Below the pieces are notes generated by a model that made no database searches, had not been told where the DNA came from, and worked only from the letters and a program-made list of their open reading frames with translations. A stretch of 10,813 nt of DNA from NCBI GenBank assembly GCA_041737595.1, contig JBGSRK010000016.1:1-10813 (forward strand), read 5' to 3'. This DNA is from Patescibacteria group bacterium (GTDB lineage Bacteria; Patescibacteriota; CPR2; UBA1875). A program made the translations under genes and the position numbers. Positions 1 to 8,030 of the stretch are shown here, in pieces. Position 1 is the first letter of the stretch; each line of letters begins with the position of its first letter.

Positions 1-2
1 GG

Positions 3-644
3 CAAAGCTTTACTGATAGTAGATGTGGTTTTAAAATGTATTCAAAGGAAGCTTCAGAGAAGATTTTTCCGCTTTGTACGATTAAAACCTGGGATTTTGA
101 TTCAGAGGCATTGGTTTTAGCTAAAAAATTTAAATATTCTATGGTAGAAGTTCCAGTTGAATGGTTTGATGATGCAGAAGCATCAAACTTTAATATAAAA
201 GATATGATAAATGGTTTTACAGCTATATTTAAAATTAGATGGAATCAGATTATCGGTAAATATAGTAATAAAAAAAATAATTTGTTTTTATTTGGATCCA
301 TTTTATTGGGATTTATATTTATTATATTATTATGGTGGAATTTATCTGCTTGTAAAATTTCAAATGAGATAAAATCTTACATAAATGGAAAAGAAAATGT
401 TTATATTCTAGAAGATACTAAATGCCCATTTCAGTTAAAATATAATAAAATTGAAATAGATGAATTTGATAAACTCCCTAAAACTGGTAGTTTTGAAATA
501 TTATTATCAGATGATAATAGTTCTCAAGAAGTTGAACAAGCATTACTTAAATATTATGCTTCTTTTTCTAGTTTTAAAGCTTCAGGTGGTGATGAATCAT
601 TTAAAATATATGAGGTAATATGTACAACATGTGGTCAAAAATAG
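3..644 (+). CDS. GT2 family polyprenol/dolichyl-phosphate glycosyltransferase (DPM/DPG-synthase-like), 5'-truncated by the window edge, with a C-terminal TM helix and extra domain
   Basis: The frame is open from position 3 (QSFTDSRCGFKM...), giving a variant of the DTQCGFK motif. FDSEALVLAKK...EVPVEW matches the C-terminal half of DPM/DPG synthases. The ATG at 36 is internal. TAG stop at 642-644. Confidence 0.85.
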   Translation, partial: QSFTDSRCGFKMYSKEASEKIFPLCTIKTWDFDSEALVLAKKFKYSMVEVPVEWFDDAEASNFNIKDMINGFTAIFKIRWNQIIGKYSNKKNNLFLFGSILLGFIFIILLWWNLSACKISNEIKSYINGKENVYILEDTKCPFQLKYNKIEIDEFDKLPKTGSFEILLSDDNSSQEVEQALLKYYASFSSFKASGGDESFKIYEVICTTCGQK

Positions 645-2173
645 TAAAATTTTTCAAAGCTAACTGGATAATAATACTTATACTTTGTGTGGCAGTATTT
701 TTAAGATTTTATAAGCTTGATTCTATCCCATTTGGGCTTTACCCTGATGAAGCAGCTAATGGACAAGATGTAATCAGAATGATTGATAACGGTGATCATA
801 GAGCTATATATGACACAAATGGTCCACGAGAATCTTTATTTATATATTTTCAAGGTCTATTTGTGTGGATAGGGCAAACATTTAATATTAAAGCATTATT
901 TTTTACACCTCTTGCGCTTAGAATAGCACCAGCAATTATTGGTGTAATAACTGTATTTGGTATCTATTTACTTGCTAAAGAACTATTTAATAAAAATATT
1001 GGCCTTTTGGCTGCTTCTACTCTTGCGGTTTCAGCTTGGCATATTCAATTTTCAAGAAATGGGTTTAGGGCGGTAATGCTACCTATGGCACTTTGTTTTA
1101 TTTTTTACTTCTTTATTAGGGCTTATCGTGAAGGAAAACTAAAAGATTATCTCTGGTTTGGAGTATTTTTAGCTATGGGCTTTTATACATATCTTTCTAT
1201 AAGAATGGTTCCACTTGTTTTTGGTGCATTTATAGTTTGGACATTCTTTTTCGACAAAAAGTTTTTTAAGAAAAATATTAAGAATATCTTATATGCAGGT
1301 GGTATTTTTATGCTTTTAATGGTGCCAATGTTTATTAGTTTTGTAAAAGACCCAAGTCTTATTGCTGGAAGAGCCTCAACTAGTATTTTTAATCCAGAAT
1401 TAAACAATGGTAGCTGGTTTGGTGCATTAATTAATAGTATTACTAAAGAAATTACAATGTTTAATTTTGCTGGAGATGCTAATTTTAGACATAATCTAGG
1501 TGGATCACCAATGCTTGATATGATAACTGGGATATTCTTTTGGGTTGGTTTTGTTTATTCCTTATTAAAAATTAAGAAGATTGAGCATTTTTTACTACTT
1601 ACCTTATTTGGGGCTATGAGTCTCCCAATGGTACTTACTGCAGAAGGAATACCTCATGCCCTAAGGCTTGTAGGTGCAATTCCTGTAGTGTTTATCTGGA
1701 TTGCGCTTGGTATAAATTTTGTTGTAGAAAAAATAAATAATAAAAATGTTAAATATATTGTTTTGGGTTTAATATTAATTATTGCAGGAGGACTTGGCTT
1801 TAAGAAATATTTTATAGATTTTCCAACGTATACTGAGGCAAGAGAAGCATATTCAGAAGATATGGTTGTTATGGCAGATGATATCAAAAATTCTTCTTCA
1901 GAAAGAATAAATTATATGATAACAGGAGAATTTGGGCTAAAAACAGTTGATTATATGACTCATGGTTCAAAACCTGAAATTATTCAATATGAAACTTATG
2001 AAATAGTAGATAACTTTAAAGTAACAGGTGATAATTATAAAATATTTGTTACTCCAAATTGGCTTAAAGATGCAGATAAAGCATTCTTAATGTCAGGTTA
2101 TTATTTTGACTTTAAACCAGTAAAGTCTGACCTTGATGGAAGAATTTTATATTATGAGTATTCAAATAAATAA
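620..2173 (+). CDS. GT-C fold membrane glycosyltransferase (ArnT/PMT_2, GT39/GT83-like)
   Basis: 517 aa polytopic membrane protein. First TM is followed by LRFYKL...GLYPDEA (the DE motif), plus WHIQFSR and a soluble C-terminal domain. Start is either ATG 620 or ATG 629 (GAGGT at 612-616). Confidence 0.85.
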   Translation: MYNMWSKIVKFFKANWIIILILCVAVFLRFYKLDSIPFGLYPDEAANGQDVIRMIDNGDHRAIYDTNGPRESLFIYFQGLFVWIGQTFNIKALFFTPLALRIAPAIIGVITVFGIYLLAKELFNKNIGLLAASTLAVSAWHIQFSRNGFRAVMLPMALCFIFYFFIRAYREGKLKDYLWFGVFLAMGFYTYLSIRMVPLVFGAFIVWTFFFDKKFFKKNIKNILYAGGIFMLLMVPMFISFVKDPSLIAGRASTSIFNPELNNGSWFGALINSITKEITMFNFAGDANFRHNLGGSPMLDMITGIFFWVGFVYSLLKIKKIEHFLLLTLFGAMSLPMVLTAEGIPHALRLVGAIPVVFIWIALGINFVVEKINNKNVKYIVLGLILIIAGGLGFKKYFIDFPTYTEAREAYSEDMVVMADDIKNSSSERINYMITGEFGLKTVDYMTHGSKPEIIQYETYEIVDNFKVTGDNYKIFVTPNWLKDADKAFLMSGYYFDFKPVKSDLDGRILYYEYSNK

Positions 2174-3674
2174 ATTTTTAGTTAAGCATATCTGGTTTTG
2201 GCCCCTTCTAATTGGATTAGTTTTAAGATTATATAAAATTACTGCTTCTTCAATTTGGCACGATGAAGGCTATACAATGTGGATTTTAAGATTTAACCCT
2301 GCTGAAATTATTGCAAGAAATATTAGAGATGTTCACCCACCTGGTTATTATTTAATTGCAAAACCTTGGGTAACAATCTTCGGGAATTCAGTTTTTTCAA
2401 TTAGGTTTTTATCACTTATTTTTTCCATAGGAATCATATATTTAGTTTTTTTAACTGTTAAAAGATTATTTAACGTACGAGCTGCTTTTTGGGCCTCTTT
2501 ATTTGTAGCGCTTTCACCATTTATGATTAGATTTGGTCAGGAAGCAAGAATGTATGGAGTAGTAGCATTTTTTACTACCCTTGCAACTTATTTTCTAGTT
2601 AAATTTATCCAAGAAAAAAAGAGTATAACACTACTTTGGTATGCACTTTCAATGATTTTAGCTGTTTATAGCCAATATTATGGTTTTTTTGTAGTTATAT
2701 CTCATTGGATAATTATAGCAATAGCAACTCCTGATTTCTTTAAATTCAAGTGGGGTAAGACTTTTAAAGAGAAATATTTAATTTGGAATCCTTGGTGGTG
2801 GGTTGCAAATATTAGTATATTAATTGCTTATTTACCTTGGTTCCCTAAAGCATATAAGCAGGTGACTAGAATATCTGGAGATTATTGGATTAAGCCAGAG
2901 TGGATAACCGAAAGAACTATTCCAAATAATATTATTCATTTTATTACCTATACTCATATGGACGCAGTATTTTTTTGGAATAAATTTTTTGGTCCTCTAT
3001 TCTTTTGGTTGATAATAGGACTTTTGGTATTTTCTCCTTTTTGGTTATTTTATAAATATAAAGATAAAGAGCAAAAAGCTAAACTTTTTTCAGTAATTAT
3101 TTTTGGATTTCTTCCTATGTTATTAGTTTTTACAATTTCAAAGCTAAAAACACCTGTTTATCAAGATCGATATTTCCCATTTTCTGCAGTAGGTTTATTT
3201 GCTTTGTGGGGTATATTTGTCTCTGAAATATCAAATAAAAAAGTTAAATATTTAGTTTGTGGGCTTGCTATTTCAGCCTTATTAGTTGGGAATGTTTATA
3301 TGCATATTGATGTAAACCATCAAATGAAAAAAATGACGGATGTTGTGAAATCGCAAAGTCTTCCAGGTGATAAATATGTCTCAGGCGAACTTTATACTTT
3401 TTTAGATAGTAGTTATTATATGGGCTATGGAAATATTAAATTTTTGTCTAAACCTGTTGATGGTTTTGGAGAAAGTTCTTTATTCTATAAAGAACAAGAC
3501 GAATATCTTATTAACCCCGATCAGATTGAAAACTATGGTAATAGAATATGGGTAATAGGTAAAACCGGAGATAAAGAATATTTTTCAGATGAATTTTGGG
3601 ATGGTTGGTCCTCAAGTACATATTTTGAAGAAAATAAAAATAATGGTCTTAGGGCAACCTTATATTTTAAATAA
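2154..3674 (+). CDS. GT-C fold membrane glycosyltransferase (PMT_2/mannosyltransferase-like)
   Basis: SIWHDE, DVHPPGYY and QEARMY motifs typical of bacterial PMT_2 proteins, with many TM segments. ATG 2154 (GGAAG at 2138-2142) is preferred over the TTG at 2133. Overlaps the upstream gene's end. Confidence 0.85.
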   Translation: MSIQINKFLVKHIWFWPLLIGLVLRLYKITASSIWHDEGYTMWILRFNPAEIIARNIRDVHPPGYYLIAKPWVTIFGNSVFSIRFLSLIFSIGIIYLVFLTVKRLFNVRAAFWASLFVALSPFMIRFGQEARMYGVVAFFTTLATYFLVKFIQEKKSITLLWYALSMILAVYSQYYGFFVVISHWIIIAIATPDFFKFKWGKTFKEKYLIWNPWWWVANISILIAYLPWFPKAYKQVTRISGDYWIKPEWITERTIPNNIIHFITYTHMDAVFFWNKFFGPLFFWLIIGLLVFSPFWLFYKYKDKEQKAKLFSVIIFGFLPMLLVFTISKLKTPVYQDRYFPFSAVGLFALWGIFVSEISNKKVKYLVCGLAISALLVGNVYMHIDVNHQMKKMTDVVKSQSLPGDKYVSGELYTFLDSSYYMGYGNIKFLSKPVDGFGESSLFYKEQDEYLINPDQIENYGNRIWVIGKTGDKEYFSDEFWDGWSSSTYFEENKNNGLRATLYFK

Positions 3675-3687
3675 TTATATCTAATAC

Positions 3688-3716
3688 TTGCGTAACTTCT
3701 TTTATTCGAATAAACT
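3688..3716 (+). promoter_or_regulatory. sigma70-like promoter for hypothetical-ybaB-recR, possibly leaderless
   Basis: TTGCGT (3688-3693), 17 bp spacer, TAAACT (3711-3716). The GTG start at 3723 lies 6 nt after the -10 box. Confidence 0.5.
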
Positions 3717-3722
3717 TATTTT

Positions 3723-3965
3723 GTGAGTATATTTAATTGGGAAGATATATTTGTGGAAGAATGGATTGCCCAGAAACAAAGGGACAAATATTTAGATATG
3801 AGAAATGCTCACATTTTAGCTAAAAAACAGGTTTCTCAAGATACGGTTGAAATAAATATAGTAGAATATCAAAAAGTATATAAACAAATCTTCGATAGTC
3901 TTTCAATTGATTTTGACAATAGACTTTCGGGGCATATAAGAAAAAGGAGTACAAATGTTTGGTAA
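3723..3965 (+). CDS. hypothetical protein (80 aa)
   Basis: Fills the gap between the GT-C gene and ybaB, follows a promoter-like motif and overlaps the ybaB start by 11 nt. No recognisable motif. Confidence 0.55.
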   Translation: MSIFNWEDIFVEEWIAQKQRDKYLDMRNAHILAKKQVSQDTVEINIVEYQKVYKQIFDSLSIDFDNRLSGHIRKRSTNVW

Positions 3966-4230
3966 AGCAAAAGAACAGTTTGAATTTGTAAAAAAAGCAC
4001 GTGAAATTCAGAAAAAATTAAAAGATATGACAGTTGAGGGTGAATCTGGATCAGTTAAAATTACAATGAATGGTGAACAAAAAGTTCAAAGTGTAGAGGT
4101 AGACAAAGAAAACATTGATAATATTGAACATGATATTAAGGGTGCAATTTCAAGCGCAGTCGAAAAATCTCAAAAAGTAGCTGCAGAAGTTATGAAAGAT
4201 ATGGGCGGGCTTGGTTTACCAGGTATGTAA
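3955..4230 (+). CDS. ybaB: YbaB/EbfC family nucleoid-associated protein
   Basis: KKAREIQKKL...VEGESGSVKITMNGEQKVQSVEV...GGLGLPGM signature. AAGGAG RBS at 3944-3949. Lies immediately upstream of recR, the conserved arrangement. Confidence 0.93.
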   Translation: MFGKAKEQFEFVKKAREIQKKLKDMTVEGESGSVKITMNGEQKVQSVEVDKENIDNIEHDIKGAISSAVEKSQKVAAEVMKDMGGLGLPGM

Positions 4231-4238
4231 TTTTAACC

Positions 4239-4838
4239 ATGAAGTTATTACCAAAATCAGTTCAAAATTTAATTGATGAACTTTCAAGGTTGCCTGGGGT
4301 TGGACCAAAGAGTGCTCAGAGATTAGCCTTCTTTTTACTTCGAGGGACAAAAGAAAGAGCTCAAATGCTAGGTGATGCAGTTTTAAATATAAAAAATAAT
4401 ATTAAAATCTGCTCTATTTGTTCTAATCTTGCAGAGGAAGATCCTTGTGTTATTTGTAGCGATCCCAAAAGAATATCATCTCAAATTATGATAGTAGAAG
4501 AGCCCCTAGATATTATTGCATTTGAAAGTACAGGAAAATATGAAGGTACATACCATGTACTTCATGGGGCAATTTCACCAGTAGAAGGAATAGGTCCTGA
4601 TGATTTATATATAAAACAACTACTCGATAGAGTTCATGCTGGTGGGGTAGAAGAGATAATTTTGGCTACAAATATTAATGTAGAAGGCGAAGCAACTGCA
4701 ATGTATTTACAGAAAATTATTGAACCTCTAGATATAAAAATTACTCGTATCGCGAGAGGTCTTCCCGTTGGTTCTGATATTGAATATGCTGATGCAATTA
4801 CTCTTTCACGTGCTCTTGAAGGACGTGGTGATTATTAA
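4239..4838 (+). CDS. recR: recombination mediator RecR
   Basis: HhH motif LPGVGPKSAQRLAF, C4 zinc finger CSICSNLAEEDPCVIC, Toprim segment YHVLHGAISP...EIILATN.NVEGEATA, and C-terminal RIARGLPVG.DIEYAD. Confidence 0.98.
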   Translation: MKLLPKSVQNLIDELSRLPGVGPKSAQRLAFFLLRGTKERAQMLGDAVLNIKNNIKICSICSNLAEEDPCVICSDPKRISSQIMIVEEPLDIIAFESTGKYEGTYHVLHGAISPVEGIGPDDLYIKQLLDRVHAGGVEEIILATNINVEGEATAMYLQKIIEPLDIKITRIARGLPVGSDIEYADAITLSRALEGRGDY

Positions 4839-4841
4839 CAC

Positions 4842-4883
4842 TTGAGTTTCCCCTTGTTCTAAAGCATAATTGTATAGAAAGGA
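4842..4883 (+). promoter_or_regulatory. sigma70-like promoter and RBS for the ABC-cysS-dus unit
   Basis: TTGAGT (4842-4847), 17 bp spacer, CATAAT (4865-4870). AAAGGA at 4878-4883 precedes ATG 4892. Confidence 0.5.
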
Positions 4884-4891
4884 ATTATTTA

Positions 4892-6655
4892 ATGAGAGAT
4901 CTTTGGCGTGCCATAAAATTAGCTTCAATTAAAAAGAAATTAACTGTCATAGCGGTTTCATTCTCTTTTGCATATACAATATTTAATCTTATCCAACCCT
5001 TAATTTTAAAAAAGTTTTTTGATTTAATAGAAACGAATATTAGAAATGGTAATTTTAATTATATCCCTGATGAATATTGGAAATATTTAATATTATTTGC
5101 TTTTGTAATTTTTATACAAGATTTTATAGGTCAAGGCAGCAACTATTTTATTACCAAATGGTGGATAGAAACAAGAAGAGTATTACAGCTTAAGGTGTTT
5201 GGTCATTTAGAAACTTTGTCTCTTGGTTATTTTGAAAAATATAGTACAGGTAAAATCAAGGAAAGAGTAGATTCTGGGATTCGAGACCTTAATAATGTTA
5301 TGGAAGGGGCCATAATAGATATTGCCCCACAAATACTATTTACAATAGTAGCTTTATATTTTCTTTTTAGTATAAATTTTACCTTTGGTTTTTTACTTTT
5401 AGTTGCTGTACCATTATTTACATTTATTAGTTTTAAATTTGCTCCAAAATTAATAGCAGTGCAAGATAAAGTGAGAACCAAATATGAGATTTTGGGTGGT
5501 AGCACAACAGAATCAATCATAAATATTCGTACTATAAAATCATATACAACAGAAAAAAAACATTACTCTAGAGTTGCAATAATTTTAGATAATATTATTA
5601 GTTTAGAAATGAAATATATTATCACCCGAATTATTATGAATATCTTTCGATTTCTTATTGTAAATCTTGCGCAAATAGTAATATTTGGTCTTGGAGTATA
5701 TATGGCGTTAAAAGGAGAAATTACTCTTGGTACATTCACATTAGCCTGGCAATATACCAATAGAACAATAACCCCACTTTGGTATTTAACTAGAGTTATT
5801 GATGATATACAAAAAGATATGAGAAGTGTAAGGAGAGTGTTTGAACTTTTAGACACTAAACCCGAAATTAATGATATTAAAGACGCAAAAAACCAGAAAT
5901 TTAAAAATGGGATAATTAAATTTAATAACATAAAATTCTCTTATCCTGGTAAGAGTGTTTTAAGAGGTATAAATTTAGAAATTCCTTCTGGAAAAACATT
6001 AGCACTTGTTGGACATTCTGGTTCTGGGAAATCTACCCTAGTAAAATTATTACTTCGTTTTTATGAGCTTAATAGTGGTCAAATATTGGTTGATAATCAG
6101 GATATATCAAAGGTAAAACAAAAATCGCTTAGACAAAAGATTGGTGTTGTAATGCAAGATAGTATCTTATTTAATGATACTGCCTTTAATAATATTTCTT
6201 ATGGGGTTAAAGGAGCAAATAAATCTGATGTTATTTCTGCTGCAAAAGTTGCAAATGCACACGATTTTATTATGAAATTACCAAAAGGCTATCAAACTAT
6301 AGTAGGTGAAAGAGGGGTAAAACTTTCTGGTGGGGAGCAACAAAGAGTAAATATTGCTCGTGCAGTGCTGAAAAATCCTCCAATACTTGTATTAGATGAG
6401 GCAACATCTTCCCTTGATTCAGAGAGTGAAAAGTTAATTCAAGATGCGCTTTGGAAATTAATTAAGGGTAGAACTGCTATAATTATTGCACATCGCTTGT
6501 CTACTGTTATGCGGGCTGATATTATTGCTGTAATGGACAAAGGTAAAATAGTAGAACTGGACACACATGAAAATTTAGTTAAAAATAAAGGTGGAATATA
6601 TGAAAACTTATTTAAAATTCAGTCAGGCGGTTATTTAGATGATAAAACTATATAA
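4892..6655 (+). CDS. ABC exporter, fused permease/ATP-binding protein (MsbA/Atm1-like type IV half-transporter)
   Basis: N-terminal TM domain, Walker A GHSGSGKST, Q-loop VMQD, signature LSGGEQQR, Walker B ILVLDE, D-loop SSLD, H-switch AHRLS. Confidence 0.95.
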   Translation: MRDLWRAIKLASIKKKLTVIAVSFSFAYTIFNLIQPLILKKFFDLIETNIRNGNFNYIPDEYWKYLILFAFVIFIQDFIGQGSNYFITKWWIETRRVLQLKVFGHLETLSLGYFEKYSTGKIKERVDSGIRDLNNVMEGAIIDIAPQILFTIVALYFLFSINFTFGFLLLVAVPLFTFISFKFAPKLIAVQDKVRTKYEILGGSTTESIINIRTIKSYTTEKKHYSRVAIILDNIISLEMKYIITRIIMNIFRFLIVNLAQIVIFGLGVYMALKGEITLGTFTLAWQYTNRTITPLWYLTRVIDDIQKDMRSVRRVFELLDTKPEINDIKDAKNQKFKNGIIKFNNIKFSYPGKSVLRGINLEIPSGKTLALVGHSGSGKSTLVKLLLRFYELNSGQILVDNQDISKVKQKSLRQKIGVVMQDSILFNDTAFNNISYGVKGANKSDVISAAKVANAHDFIMKLPKGYQTIVGERGVKLSGGEQQRVNIARAVLKNPPILVLDEATSSLDSESEKLIQDALWKLIKGRTAIIIAHRLSTVMRADIIAVMDKGKIVELDTHENLVKNKGGIYENLFKIQSGGYLDDKTI

Positions 6656-8030
6656 TACTCTTACTAAAAAGAAGGAACTATTAAAACCAATTAAAAAAGG
6701 TGAAGTTAAGATTTATAATTGTGGGCCAACAGTATATAACGATCCAACTATTGGTAATCTTAGAACATATATTAATGTAGATATATTAAGAAGATCATTA
6801 AAATATCTAAATTTTAAGGTGATAGAAGCTATGAATATTACTGATATAGAGGATAAAATTATAAGAGATTCAATAAAACTGAAAGTTCCATATACTGAAA
6901 TTACTAAAAAATATGAAAAGTCATTTTTCGAAGCATTAACTGATTTAAACATTGAATTACCAGAATATACTCCAAGAGCAACAGAGGAAGTCCCGGGGAT
7001 GATAAAAATAATAGAAAAATTACTTAAAGATAAATACGCCTATATATCTGATGATGGTTCTGTCTATTTTTCTATTTCAAAGTTTAAAAACTATGGAAAA
7101 CTTTCTGGGTTAGATAATAGAGAAATTATAAATGGAGCTAGAGTCGCACAAGATGAATATGAAAAAGAAAACGCTCAAGATTTTGCTATATGGAAAGCTA
7201 AAAAATTAGGGGAACCATCATGGAAAGCTCCTTTTGGAGAAGGTAGGCCTGGTTGGCATATAGAATGTACAGCAATGAGTACTAAATATTTAGGTAAAAC
7301 AATTGATATCCATTCAGGAGGAGTAGATTTAATATTCCCACACCATGAAAATGAAATTGCTCAAAGCGAAGCGTACACAGGTAAAAAATTTGTTAATTTA
7401 TGGTTCCATGGAGAACATCTACTTATTAATGGCAAAAGAATGGGTAAATCGATGGGGAATGCTTATACACTGGATAATTTAAAGGATAAATATACGGTTG
7501 AACCCTTGGCTTTTAGAATGCTTTGTCTTTCGTCACATTACCGAGATAAGTTAAATTTTACTGATAAATCTATACTTGATGCACAAAATACACTACATAA
7601 TTTAAGAGAGTTTATTTTAAGAATGAATCTAGTTGAAAATGACGGAAAATTATCAGAAAAAGTTAATAAAGAAATCGAAAAAACTGAGAAGTTATTTGAA
7701 AAATATATATCAGATGATCTATCAATATCTAAAGCACTCGCAACAATATTTGGTTTAATTAAATTTACTAATAAACAAAAATTCCTTACCAAAAACGATG
7801 CCACTTCGGTACTTCACTTTATGGGAGTAGTAGATAGAGTTTTAGGTTTGCGCTTAGATGATATTAAAGTTGAGAAAATACCAGATGAAATACATAAAAT
7901 GGCCGTATCACGTGAAGATGCAAGAAAGAATAAAGATTATAAATTAGCAGATAATTTTAGATCTAAAATCGAGAAAGCTGGTTATATGGTCGAAGATACA
8001 GAAGACGGCCCGTTAATAAGAAAGATATAA
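6639..8030 (+). CDS. cysS: cysteine--tRNA ligase
   Basis: LYNTLT, YNCGPTVY, NITDIEDKII, DFAIWK, GRPGWHIEC, DIHSGGVDLIFPHHENE and C-terminal R..ARKNKDYKLADNFR. Zinc ligands are intact. Confidence 0.98.
   Translation: MIKLYNTLTKKKELLKPIKKGEVKIYNCGPTVYNDPTIGNLRTYINVDILRRSLKYLNFKVIEAMNITDIEDKIIRDSIKLKVPYTEITKKYEKSFFEALTDLNIELPEYTPRATEEVPGMIKIIEKLLKDKYAYISDDGSVYFSISKFKNYGKLSGLDNREIINGARVAQDEYEKENAQDFAIWKAKKLGEPSWKAPFGEGRPGWHIECTAMSTKYLGKTIDIHSGGVDLIFPHHENEIAQSEAYTGKKFVNLWFHGEHLLINGKRMGKSMGNAYTLDNLKDKYTVEPLAFRMLCLSSHYRDKLNFTDKSILDAQNTLHNLREFILRMNLVENDGKLSEKVNKEIEKTEKLFEKYISDDLSISKALATIFGLIKFTNKQKFLTKNDATSVLHFMGVVDRVLGLRLDDIKVEKIPDEIHKMAVSREDARKNKDYKLADNFRSKIEKAGYMVEDTEDGPLIRKI

Noticed and set aside
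3913-3940. Internal promoter TTGACA-16 bp-TATAAG before ybaB
   Set aside because: The -10 box lacks the conserved final T, and the implied start would fall within the ybaB RBS. It is possible but unsupported.
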